From contig NC_043004.1 in the NCBI RefSeq assembly GCF_006345805.1, forward strand, positions 46,128,001-46,192,000: 64,000 nt of DNA, given 5' to 3'. The notes under the pieces were generated by a model. That model was not told where the DNA came from. It did no database searches and saw nothing but the letters and a program-made list of their open reading frames with translations. Source of the stretch: Octopus sinensis (lineage: Eukaryota). This document shows, in pieces, positions 44,129-55,578 of this stretch; within the stretch, counting starts at the first letter, position 1; every line of letters starts with the position of its first letter. The position numbers and the translations under genes are program-made.

Positions 44129-45465
44129 GACGGTGATGGATTTTCTGGCATATAGGCCACTCCTTTTGTATGGTGGGAAATGTAACAGGTCTGCTTCGCA
44201 AGGAGTTAATTTGAGACAAATAAGTAGCAATCACCGACATTTAATGAAGGTTCAAATACCAGTTGTCTGATTGTTCTGTACTACTCGACCAGTTTAAAAC
44301 AACAGTATCTCTGCCCTTCCATTCGGGCAATCACATGCTGTGTATAGCTATGCGTTTACGTATATTAAAACTATATAATTATACAAGAACACATGTGCAA
44401 ATAACATGCTTATTTGTGATGGTATATTGTTCATGTTTCAATACAACACAGTCAATATTCTTAAAGTTGCGTAGTACTTTAACTTATAAATTCCGTGGTG
44501 TATTAGCATGTATCAAAGACATACCCATCGCAATAACACGCCTTAAATCTCAGCACAACTTAAAATTACCTCTCTCAATTTTACAATGTCTCTGTACCAC
44601 TTACATTTTCCCTCTTTTTACCAAAAGCCTATTGGTCCTTCGACGTGAGCGTTGAAACCGACGATTTAGTTTTAGTTTCTACAGCAAGCTGCTAGTAATT
44701 TGTTTCTCTGTGGATACACTGACTATTATCACCAAAAATCGTTTGTCGGGAATAAAAATCATCACTAACAATTATTTTAACTCGCTTTAAGCATGTCCAA
44801 GCATGCATTCATACATATGTATTTAACTACTACCATACAGCACAGTCGCTTGCAATTATCGACATCATGAGAGCTTTGAAATATCAAATCTTGCCTTAGA
44901 ATATATATCTACCTATTAAATGACACCACCAACAAAGATAAATAAACTTCAACTTCAGTCGAAGTTATTTCGTTAATTCTATTCTTCAAATTTTAGCATT
45001 CCAAATACTGCTGATGCCTACATTAATAATCTTAAATCGTCCAGTATTCCACAGTTCCGAGTCGCATACCGACTCTGATATTTCCTTTCTCAGTTTTAAC
45101 AGGTTTCTAAGTATGACAAATAAACGCACTTCATCACGAAAAAAGCGAGAATGCTCAAACGTACAATCATACATGCATACAGCTACGACCAGATAACTCA
45201 CTTCATTACGTCACATAACATTTTTTTTTAAAGTTCCGAATCTCTGTAAGTATAGAAACTAGAGTTGCATTTATGAGGGAACCCTTTCACTAAAAACAAG
45301 TCTTTACAAACATCATATAACATATTTGTTTTCTAGTGCTTCCTCAATCCGGATTACAAATATTACAAGGAATCTATATTTATTTGGATGTAAAGATTAT
45401 CTTTTCGTATTGATTCCATCGTAATAATGAAATTTCAGTATTCCTGTTGGGTATTTCCGAGATAC

Positions 45466-45500
<35 letters not shown>

Positions 45501-45582
45501 ATGTAGGTCCCGGTTGATCCGGGGTTAACCACAGTAAGTAAGGTACTCAATACATAGCAGAGTAAAATTAATTTATAAAGAA

Positions 45583-45680
45583 GAGCTTCTACAGGCTAGT
45601 ACTGTTTCATTCAAGAGAAATCTTCAGGAGCTTCCTGAAGATTTCTCTTGAATGAAACAGTACTAGTCCTGTAGAAGCTC
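45583..45680. repeat. 98-bp palindrome made of two opposed hammerhead copies
   Basis: 45583-45629 is the reverse complement of 45633-45680, with one indel. Confidence 0.95.
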
Positions 45681-45681
45681 C
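45627..45681 (+). ncRNA. Type I hammerhead ribozyme
   Basis: GGAGCTTC-CTGAAGA-TTTC-TCTT-GAAT-GAA-ACAG-tactagtc-CTGT-A^GAAGCTCC. Stem I is 8 bp, stem III is 4 bp, the triplet is GUA, and stem II is weak (3 bp). Confidence 0.75.
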
Positions 45682-45731
<50 letters not shown>

Positions 45732-45779
45732 TATATATAATATATATATACGCGAGAAAAGCAACAAGAATGGATAGGT

Positions 45780-45870
45780 TTTTAGTACAATCGTTTCATA
45801 CAAGGACAGGCTTTATTAAAAGTTGCAAAATTTGCAGCATATAAACGTGTCCCGTACTCATCAGCTAAAA
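45780..45870 (-). ncRNA. Type I hammerhead ribozyme with extended stem II (mirror copy in the left arm)
   Basis: Reverse complement of 49939-50029; differences seen only in the apical loop. Confidence 0.8.
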
Positions 45871-46138
45871 TACATGTGAGTTCTCTAGACATCCTAGTGG
45901 TTGAGGCTATACTCATGAAGTAATGTAGATAATTAAGTAACATAAACAGATTTCCAAAGTTCATTAAAGTTCTTTAAAGATGATGTACAGTCTTATCACA
46001 GAATTTTAAAAAAGTTTTAATAGCATCACAGAGAAGGTGACTTAATCCATAGTGTACATATGAATTTCCAGAGATATGAGGAGGGATTACATACTCACAG
46101 ACGACAAATTTATCCATTGCTAATCACAACGAGGTGGG

Positions 46139-47222
46139 ATCAACCTTAAAGACCACAAAAAGAATTTCTTGGAAAACCCTTCGGTAAGGCTGATCTGTCC
46201 AACTAAGTCGGACATTGGCCGACTTAGTAAATCTATCCTGGATACTGTTCTACCCCAAATAACCCCTCTTCTCCCCTTAAACCTATGGCTAAGTACGGAC
46301 GAAGTTCTAAAATGGTTTAACTCTCTAACTAATACTAGTAGTATGTCCTTTATTCAGTTCGATATTAATAGTTATTACTCTAGTATTTCCCCTATCTTAC
46401 TCAACAAATCACTAATTTGCCATGAATCGCTCCCTCATATCTAGAGAAGAAATCAATATTGTGCTACTAGCTAGGAAGACATTTATAGAATTTGAAGATA
46501 AATTATGGACTAGAGCAGATACACCTAATTATTTTGATATACCAATGGGTTCCAGTGTGATTCGGCTGAGGTAACCAACCTAGTAGGCGCATATCTATTA
46601 AAATGCATAAACAAGGATATCCCAGAAATACAGGGGGGTCTATATAGGGATGATGCTCTGTTTGTTATCCCTAGTAATAATAAATCTGTTATAGAAAGGA
46701 TTAGAAAGAAAATTAATAAGTTCTTTAAGGATTTCAACCTCAGTATAACGTATGAACCGGGCACTAAAATAGTTAACTTCCTAGATATTACGCTAGACCT
46801 TAACTCCAAGCTGCATTACCCATTTAGAAAGGAAGGCGAAATCACGAATTACGTAAATAAATTATCAAATCATCCCCCAAATATAATTGAATCTTTAGTA
46901 AGAAATATTTCATTAAGAATTTCAAAATTATCATCCAATAAGGATATATTTAACTCCCATTCTGAGCATTATAATGCGCGTTAACTAAGGCGTACTAGGC
47001 TGGATACAACAAAAGATTACATTCGTTGATAAGGAGAACTCACGTATTCCTAATAAGGAAGTTATCAGTAATCACGTAAGCAGCAATATAGACCAAGCCC
47101 GAAATATAAGTAGAATTAAATTAACGGTAAACGCTAATCTAACGTACAGGCCCAACAATTCAAATAGAAGCATTGACCAGAACATAGGAAACTCGGATAA
47201 TATCGAAGTAGATAAACCAAAG
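46139..47222 (+). pseudogene. PLE reverse transcriptase, 5'-truncated, about 4 frameshifts
   Basis: INLKDHKKNFLENPSVRLICPTKSDIG, FIQFDINSYY, FDIPMGS.DSAEV, GLYRDDAL (YRDD at 46643-46654), VNFLDITLDL, YVNKLSNHPP. Confidence 0.92.
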
Positions 47223-48461
47223 ATGCACACAAATAAAAATAAAAATACTGGTAATAAATACAATAGCTCCGGTGAGATGAATAGTAATAATTCCACGAAC
47301 CATAAATTTAATAAAAAAGATATAATATGGCTGAATATTCCTTTCAACTGTGCGATACAATCGGATATACAGAACAAATTCAAAGTAATTCTGGAAAAAA
47401 ATTTCCCAATCTCTCATAGATATCATAGAATTATTTCTAGGAAAACAGTTAGGATTTCTTATTCAACCCTCCCAAATATGTCCACTTTAATAGCTAAGAT
47501 TAATAATAACAACATTAAACTAGCCAGGAAAAATAGAAATAAAAATAATAATATCAGCATGAATACTAATAGCAATTATAATATTACTACCAACAATAAA
47601 AACAGCAATAGTAACTATCAAAACATGGGTGAAATTAGTTACCACAGAATGACTAATAACATTAACATTAATAGTAATAATAACAATACCGATATTAATA
47701 GAAGTAATAATGTTAATAATAGAAATAATAGAAATAAGGCTAATGGAGAAAATAAGGAGAATGAAAATATCAGTGATATCTATAGCAACAATATGCAGTC
47801 AGATAAAAAGACTAACAATAATAGTAACATTACCAATAATATAAGAAATCATGGTAGGACTTTAGACCTAAAAGATGAACCAGAAGGATCAATAAATAAT
47901 AGCAATACTTTAGATATCAGCACCAACTATAGAAATATTAATAACGATAAGGACAATTATACTCATGATAATCAAAATAATAGGAACCTAAGACATCTAC
48001 CCAAGAATAATCCAAAACCTGAAGTTGTTCCTCCTGTGTGTAAGTGTAGAATAAAATCAAAATGCCCGGCACCTGGTCTATGCGGGGAAAATAATGTAAT
48101 CTATAAATGTACCATATCCACGGAAAATAACAAATATTTTTACATTGGATGTACAATTAATTTTCTAGCCAGAGTTAGAAATCACATCTCGTCTTTTAAA
48201 TTACGTCATAAAGCTGGTACCACCACACTTGCAAACAAAATCTGGGAACTCAAAAATAATAATAATAATTACAACCTTAATTGGGAAATAGTTAGGAAAG
48301 CAATTCCGTATAAAAATAGCAGGGTTGGTTGCCAACTATGTTCCATGGAGACGTATGAAATTCAAAAGCATAGAAAACATAGAAACTTATTGAATAACCA
48401 TATCGAACTAGGTCAAGTTTGTGTCCACGCTAAATTGAAGACTTTAAAATATTTTAAATGA
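47223..48461 (+). CDS. C-terminal part of the PLE ORF: thumb/linker, Asn-rich insert, Cys motif, GIY-YIG endonuclease
   Basis: IIWLNIPF and RISYSTLPN linker motifs; CKCR..CP...C; VIY (48096) ... YIG (48141); ARVRNH; CQLC. Open to the stop at 48461. The ATG is not the true start. Confidence 0.9.
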   Translation: MHTNKNKNTGNKYNSSGEMNSNNSTNHKFNKKDIIWLNIPFNCAIQSDIQNKFKVILEKNFPISHRYHRIISRKTVRISYSTLPNMSTLIAKINNNNIKLARKNRNKNNNISMNTNSNYNITTNNKNSNSNYQNMGEISYHRMTNNININSNNNNTDINRSNNVNNRNNRNKANGENKENENISDIYSNNMQSDKKTNNNSNITNNIRNHGRTLDLKDEPEGSINNSNTLDISTNYRNINNDKDNYTHDNQNNRNLRHLPKNNPKPEVVPPVCKCRIKSKCPAPGLCGENNVIYKCTISTENNKYFYIGCTINFLARVRNHISSFKLRHKAGTTTLANKIWELKNNNNNYNLNWEIVRKAIPYKNSRVGCQLCSMETYEIQKHRKHRNLLNNHIELGQVCVHAKLKTLKYFK

Positions 48462-49938
48462 TTAGAATATTCGTAACTAGATAGATAGATATAACTTGAT
48501 TTTTACTAGTATAGCACTGCTTTAAGTAGATAACTAAGAGTTCTCACACTACAGTTATCTTTTTCCTTATATCTACATCAGTTTTTTTGAGAACAGGGAA
48601 ATGAATAGTACTTATACGCTGCTTATTTGAGGCTTTATTTAATTTCAAACTCATAATTTTAAATTTTTAAATCTTAATTTTAAATCTTAATTTTAATTTT
48701 TAATTTTAATTCTTAACTTAATCTAATTTAAGTAGCATAACTTTAATAAAATAAAATGAGTTACTAAAGCCCCATAATTATATTTCAAAATTAAATAAAT
48801 AAGGCTACTCCCTCGGTGATAATATGATTATCTTCATTATGATAGACAATTCCCTAACACCTTGTAAATGATCTTCTAAGATTTGACCTGTAGTCCGTCA
48901 ATGTATGAATAATAACGGCAACTCCTTAAGACAGTAAAATGAATAAAATAAATAAATAAATTTTAATGACTTTTTGATAAGATTATACTTAGATTTTCCT
49001 AATGTATTTTCTTCTGATTTTAGCCTTTGACCACTAAACCCCTAAACCCCTAACCGTGTTATCTCTTTAGATTCTCTTTAAATTCATAGCTGCTTTCGAC
49101 AGCAATAAATTAGCTGTTTTACTGGTCAAAGAATAATATTCTCCTCTAGTTCCTAGATGCCTGTAAATTAAAACCAGACTTGCCGTCTACTAATTCTTCT
49201 GTATAACTAGAACCCTCTTTTTTTCTTTTTCTTTTTTCCCTTCTTTCCCTATTTCTTTCTCTTTTCTCTTTTTTTTCTTCTTCTTATTCTCTTTTTCTTT
49301 TTTTCTTTTTCCTTTTCTCTTCTCTTCTAGCCCCCCCCCCCTTTTGCTCCCCCCCCTTTATTTTCTCTCTTTCCTTCTCTTTCCTTCCCTTTTCTGTTCT
49401 TTGCCTCTCCAGAAAGCCCTTCAGCCTTTAAAAGTTAAATAGCTACAGTCTCTTGAAAATAGCAGTAATGTGATTAATGTGGCAAATACCTAATCATATA
49501 GCAAGAATTGATACCCACCTCATTGTGTTCAACCATTGATAAATTTATCGCCTGTGAATATGAAATTCCTCTTCATTTCTCTGGAAATTTACATCTACAC
49601 CATTGGAAATGTGCATCTATACAAAGGATTAACTCACCCTCTCTGTAATGCTAATAAGCAGGAATTGAAACCCACCTCGTTGTGATTAGCAATGGATAAA
49701 TTTGTCGTCTGTGAGTATGTAATCCCTCCTCATATCTCTGGAAATTCATATGTACACTATGGATTAAGTCACCTTCTCTGTGATGCTATTAAAACTTTTT
49801 TAAAATTCTGTGATAAGACTGTACATCATCTTTAAAGAACTTTAATGAACTTTGGAAATCTGTTTATGTTACTTAATTATCTACATTACTTCATGAGTAT
49901 AGCCTCAACCACTAGGATGTCTAGAGAACTCACATGTA

Positions 49939-50029
49939 TTTTAGCTGATGAGTACGGGACACGTTTATATGCTGCAATATTTGCAACTTTTAATAAAGCC
50001 TGTCCTTGTATGAAACGATTGTACTAAAA
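49939..50029 (+). ncRNA. Type I hammerhead ribozyme with 60-nt stem II
   Basis: TTTTAG-CTGATGA-[49952-50011 multi-segment hairpin]-GAAAC-GATT-GTA^CTAAAA. Canonical core, 6-bp stem I, predicted cut after 50023. Confidence 0.82.
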
Positions 50030-50171
50030 ACCTATCCATTCTTGTTGCTTTTTTCTCGCTTATAATCACCCCACATTACTGTATTGTTAAAACCGTATAG
50101 TTTGTTTTGGTGCATCTAAGTTAGGTACCATATTCAAGTAAATTCATTTAAATTAACTTGAATCTTATTGC

Positions 50172-50232
<61 letters not shown>

Positions 50233-50280
50233 GGCATACAAGAAGCTAATAACGTAGTATTCGGTTTATACATACATACA

Positions 50281-50316
<36 letters not shown>

Positions 50317-50895
50317 TATATACATATATATATGTGTGTGTGTGTGTCTGTGTGTGTGTGCATATATATCGAGAGAGAGAGAGAAAGAGAGGATAAACAA
50401 ATAAGATACGTAAAATATATTAGATATATTAAATTCAAATTATGTGTAAATGTATACGTGCAAAACAAGTGAAAGCAAAAAGTAGAGACTTTCAGATGAT
50501 GAATTTTTAAGTATAAATATTCCGATAATTATATTAATGGATCCAACCTATACAGAGTAGCAACGGCAGAGACAATTTAAAGGCTAGAAGAAAGGTGTTA
50601 TACAAGACCCCAAAACAGTTTCTGGAGACCCGGCGATACATAATAATCTCGGAAGATTGAGATCACCAAAATATTATGCCTTTTGGATGCAGATAACATT
50701 CGATAAAACGAGCCTCAGTCATCAGGGTAGAGAAGAACTTATATTTCAGATCTTAACGTCGAGAAGTTCAAGGATCAAAGATTCCATCGGAATCAAAATT
50801 AGAATATTCTGAGCACTACTAAATGCTTTCTATAGGGAGATCTCATCTGTAAACTGTACATCTGTCTTCCCTTTTCTGGATCTTTCTTCTCCTAT

Positions 50896-50930
50896 GTTTC
50901 CGATGAAGGGCTCCACTCGAAACGTTAAAC
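50896..50930 (+). ncRNA. Minimal hammerhead motif, family B copy 5 (within repeat 50861-51029)
   Basis: GTTT-CCGATGA-A-GGGC-TCC-ACTC-GAAAC-GTT^AAAC. Confidence 0.55.
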
Positions 50931-51068
50931 CCTCCTTCTTTCCTTCTTTCCTGAGCGTCCAATAATACTATATTTGTTCCACGTCCTCGCGTTGTTGTGT
51001 GTTTTTGTGCTTTCATGATTGGATTAACTACATTTGTTTGTTTGTACTCCACCTACCTTCGTCTGTCC

Positions 51069-51105
<37 letters not shown>

Positions 51106-51173
51106 GGAGTAAACACATAAATTTGAAACAAGGTGGAAGAAGAGTACTCAAATACCAGGGGTGGAGTGATATT

Positions 51174-51278
51174 CTTTATTTAAAAGCAGCAGAAATACAA
51201 CAAAACCTGTTGCTCGGAGATTGTTTCACATTCCAGTTCGTAACAGGATTTGTTGAATTTCTGCTGCTTTTAAATAAA

Positions 51279-51279
<1 letters not shown>
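51174..51279. repeat. Inverted repeat, 38-bp arms, 30-nt spacer
   Basis: 51174-51211 versus 51242-51279, 2 mismatches. Confidence 0.9.
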
Positions 51280-51345
<66 letters not shown>

Positions 51346-52005
51346 GTGTGTGTGTGTGCCTGTCTGCATATATACATCTATACACATTTATATATGCGTA
51401 CGTAAATGCATATACAAAAATAAGCTTATGGGCGCAAATGTACAACCACAATGATGTAACTATAAATTACTATTCAGAAACATATCTCTAGAAATAGCAG
51501 TAATACACATTCTTCTAGATATATACTGTAGCATAGTACCATACTCTTGTACACAGAGACACACACAGGCAAACACGCGAACACACGAACACTCACAGAA
51601 ACATATGTATATGTATATATATGTTTGTGCGTGCGTGTCTTATTGTGTGAGTGCGTGTGTGTTTGTGTGTACAAGTTATCTTCGTGAAAAACATATTTAA
51701 CTATAAATATTTATTATATCGGTCTACTAATACTTATGGGCAAAAGCCTGCAAATACAAAGATGCTATAAGTATATAAAGGAAAGTAAAATCTAAGTAGT
51801 GTCAAGATTAGAAATACATAAAGAAGTAATAAATAGTTAATCTCTATCTTTATATAATAAGCTATACTTATAGCCAGAAACTTTAATACATATGTATGTA
51901 CGTAGATATGTGTGTATGTATGTGTGTGTGTGTGTGTGTGTAGATATATAGATACATACATACATACATTATATATATATGTGTTTATATATGAGTATAT
52001 ATATT

Positions 52006-52062
<57 letters not shown>

Positions 52063-52874
52063 ATATACATACACGCATAATAATAATCGCAGATAACGAC
52101 AAGCAGGAATAAGGATGCTTATAAAATACCTGCATACCGCTATATCTAATTAACAATTAAATGCTTGCAACGCGTTGTCTAATATGGGTTTATGAGTGTA
52201 TGCGTGTGTGTATAAGTCGTAGAAGGTTGGACAATGTTAGGTTCAATAACATAGCGCTCATAGTGAAATTAACTACATAGAAGGTATAGAGTCTGTAAGA
52301 TACCGTAGATATGCAAGCACCAAATCGAATTCGAAATATAGATCCGACTCAGGGGTGAGTCCTTGGTATGACACAGGTTTAGAAAGTAAACATAAATGGT
52401 GTTTGCAATTTCCTACAACTGTTTCGATAGAATGCTATTATTTAATGCAGTGTTTAAAAACTCTTTCAAGATATATAGTCCATCTTCATCTAGTAAAGTT
52501 TTAAACGGGAACGATTTTAACCATCCCCCCGGACTAGTGAATCAATTAAGTTTTACATTCAAATATATACAGGAAAAATAGTTGTGGTTTAACCATGCAA
52601 ATTAGAAAGCAGAAGAGCTTATAAGTACGGAATCTAATTTACCTTAGCTAAATTAGTTTATAATTATGCCGAATAATCTAGGAATCAATAGACACAGCGG
52701 TGTCGTGAGTTATAATTAGAAAGTCATAGGTATCTTCTAGGTTGAATGGGACTTGTCAAACAGTTCACCGACGACGATATCAAGCATCAAACAATCATCA
52801 ATCTTCACCCTTCCTCTCCAAAAGTATGCATACGAACACGCACACTTACACACACATACACACACAAACAATCA

Positions 52875-53400
52875 CACACGCACGCTCACAACATATACAT
52901 ATATATACACGCGTATATATACACAGAGGATACACATGCATATATGCATATATATATATATAAATTTTTACGCATATACGTATATATATATGCACATATA
53001 TGTACATATGTATACATACATACACATACGTTCTCACACAGGCATACACAAATATATATTCATTTATACACACGTACACGGACATGAACACACATATATA
53101 TGTTCATTTATGCACACGCACAAACACACACGCACGCTCACATATACATATATATATACACGCATTTATATACACAGAGGATACACATGCATATATGCAT
53201 ATATATATATATATATAAATATTTACTCATATACGTATATATATATATATAATATATATATATATATGCATATATATATGTACATATGTATACATACACA
53301 TACATGCTCACACAGACATGCATACACATATATATTCATTTATACACACATACAAAGACATGAACATACATATATATGTTCATTTATGCACACAGACACA
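52875..53400. repeat. About 251-bp tandem duplication of microsatellite-rich sequence
   Basis: CAGAGGATACACATGC anchors are 251 bp apart (about 52926 and 53177). Confidence 0.85.
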
Positions 53401-53879
53401 CACACACACACACACAACGCATACAGATATAAACATATTTAGTGATTTAAATAAAGGAGAATAATCGTAAATACAAATAAATAAGATAAAGGAGTATAAA
53501 ATCATATGGCCAATATACGACTACATGAGCTCAAATGTCATACAGTTGAACATTAAATATGTCTTGGACACAGGAGTTGCAAATTATGACATTAAGAGTA
53601 CATACCCAGGGATAATATCCTGTTTGATTATGTTCCAGGTAATTTTGAATTCGATATGTTTACCTTGAAATACCCAAATCTTTACAGCAATTGACGAGAC
53701 TTTAGGTTTATCACGTCTCCTAAAATTATAAAATTGAATATAATATATCCGCATAAATTCACACCTTGTTGCACCGCTGCAGGTAAATGTAGATAGAATA
53801 GATTGTTGGCATCCATTTTGTCTCGGGAGACAATGGAGTTGCGCATAAAATAATCAAGTCCGGCTTTTATATTTCATGT

Positions 53880-54235
53880 CCCAATACATCTCCTGCTGTG
53901 GCTGTGTATTCCTATCATGGACAAACACATCCTCTGGCAGGTGCCGCAATGTAGCGAAGACTTTGCCTGGCTGGTTGTAATGTAATAATTTCTTGTTGAC
54001 GTCTTTTCTTTTTCTTTCTATTTCTCCTCTCTCCCTCTGTCACTCCTTTGTGTTCGCTCTTTTACGGTACGTCGCCAATCTCCACAGTTGCTTGCAACTA
54101 CTCCCCAGTTGCTAATATTGATGTCGCAGGCCTTCATGTACCTTTTGTAAACATCCTTGTATCGTAAGAACGGTCTTGTCATAGACCTAGTGCCCCCAGC
54201 TACCTCTCAGTAGATTATGTCCTTGGGGAGGATAG
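53880..54235 (-). mobile_element. RTE-clade LINE 3' fragment
   Basis: LPKDIIY.EVAGGTRSMTRPFLRYKDVYKRYMKACDINISNW...CGTCQRMCLSMIGIHSHSRRC. Confidence 0.85.
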
Positions 54236-54933
54236 AATAGATAGGACATCACTTACATAGACAATATATTTAATGAAGCATAAATGAGTAAGTGGGCATT
54301 ACAGTTTATTTCTCCAATTACACGGCATAGGAAACGTATAGACGTTAATATAATAGGTGTTATTAGTAGAAATAATAATCTGTTGGTCAAACGGCTTTCG
54401 AGGAAAGTGATAATAATCGTAAGACCTATTAGAACTTTCACAATATTAGTTTTAATACAAGTGTTAATGGAGTTGTTAATATTTGTAATAGTACTGCTAT
54501 TGCTAAGGTAACTTTTAATACAGCTACATGGATTGTTAATCTGCTCGTTGCCGATAATTTGCACATTTACATTATTTGTGCCATTATAAAAACCATCGCC
54601 ATGTATACTAAAGACGCTTCAGGCGTTATCGTATTTCGAATCAGCATCATTTGGGTCATCATGGCCTCTGTCACTGCTGCGCCTATGTCATTCAGTACTA
54701 CTCTGTATATGTATGTAATAGCTGGAAGTTTTAGCAGTGTGCTGATAGACAATATCAGAAAAACTACATCAAACTGTCACTTCCACTGCCATAGATAGTA
54801 TCATTTGCCACACGACGATTTCGATTCGACCATGGCATACAACATCACGGCTACTACTTCTGCTATGATAGTCGCTGTTGTCATTATATCATCATCATCA
54901 TCACCATCACCATCGTGGTCATCGTCGTTGTAC

Positions 54934-54990
<57 letters not shown>

Positions 54991-55164
54991 TATTATTATT
55001 ATTTTTATTATGATGTTTTTTCCTTCTTTCTTCAAATTCTCTTCCGTTTCTCGCCGAGTGTTTTCCATACACCTACGAAAGAGAAGCTCATTGTATGCAT
55101 TCCCAGATTACACGAGCAAATTCACAGATAAAATATGTATTTAAAAATTAATAAATAAATAAAT

Positions 55165-55226
<62 letters not shown>

Positions 55227-55227
<1 letters not shown>

Positions 55228-55517
55228 TATGTTTGACTTTTGCTTTATGTATGTACAAGTTGGCTCCAAGTCTCACCCAGAGACCTCAAGAGACAACAGG
55301 TTGGAAGTTCTGTGCCATATATTCGGGGTTTTTTTTTCCTTTTTTTTTGGTGTTGTACTAGTGAACGTCTAATACATAAAAAGAAAAAAAATAAATAAAT
55401 AAATAAAAGTTTGTTTTAAACCTTGGGATTACATAGAGAGTATTTTGCGTAGGATATGAGCAGTTCCCATGAGCACTATCTTTTGAATTTCTGCCATTTT
55501 GGGGTTTCCTGGTATCT

Positions 55518-55519
<2 letters not shown>
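55227..55519 (-). mobile_element. R4/Dong-like LINE 3' terminal fragment between (ATT)n tracts
   Basis: Homologous to 33058-33293 in reverse. Confidence 0.8.

Positions 55520-55578
<59 letters not shown>

Larger units (their letters stand above)
45752..50175 (+). mobile_element. Penelope-like retroelement, 5'-truncated, with inverted 5' pLTR copy, inserted in (TA)n
   Basis: RT then GIY-YIG in one interrupted reading; 387-bp inverted arms at 45752-46138 and 49671-50059; HHR in each arm; (TA)n on both flanks. The 3' boundary is approximate. Confidence 0.9.

Noticed and set aside
44986-45201. Minus-strand 71-aa ORF and a possible 37-nt exon
   Set aside because: No homology recognised, and the splice signals are weak.
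49505-49800. SECIS element or selenoprotein reading of the conserved TGA codons on the minus strand
   Set aside because: No AUGA...AA...GA SECIS spacing found, it is antisense to the PLE ORF, and the PLE ORF has no in-frame TGA needing recoding.
54253-54830. Hydrophobic ORFs resembling a membrane protein on both strands
   Set aside because: The DNA looks like decayed trinucleotide repeats, and no receptor or channel motif or splice structure was recognisable.
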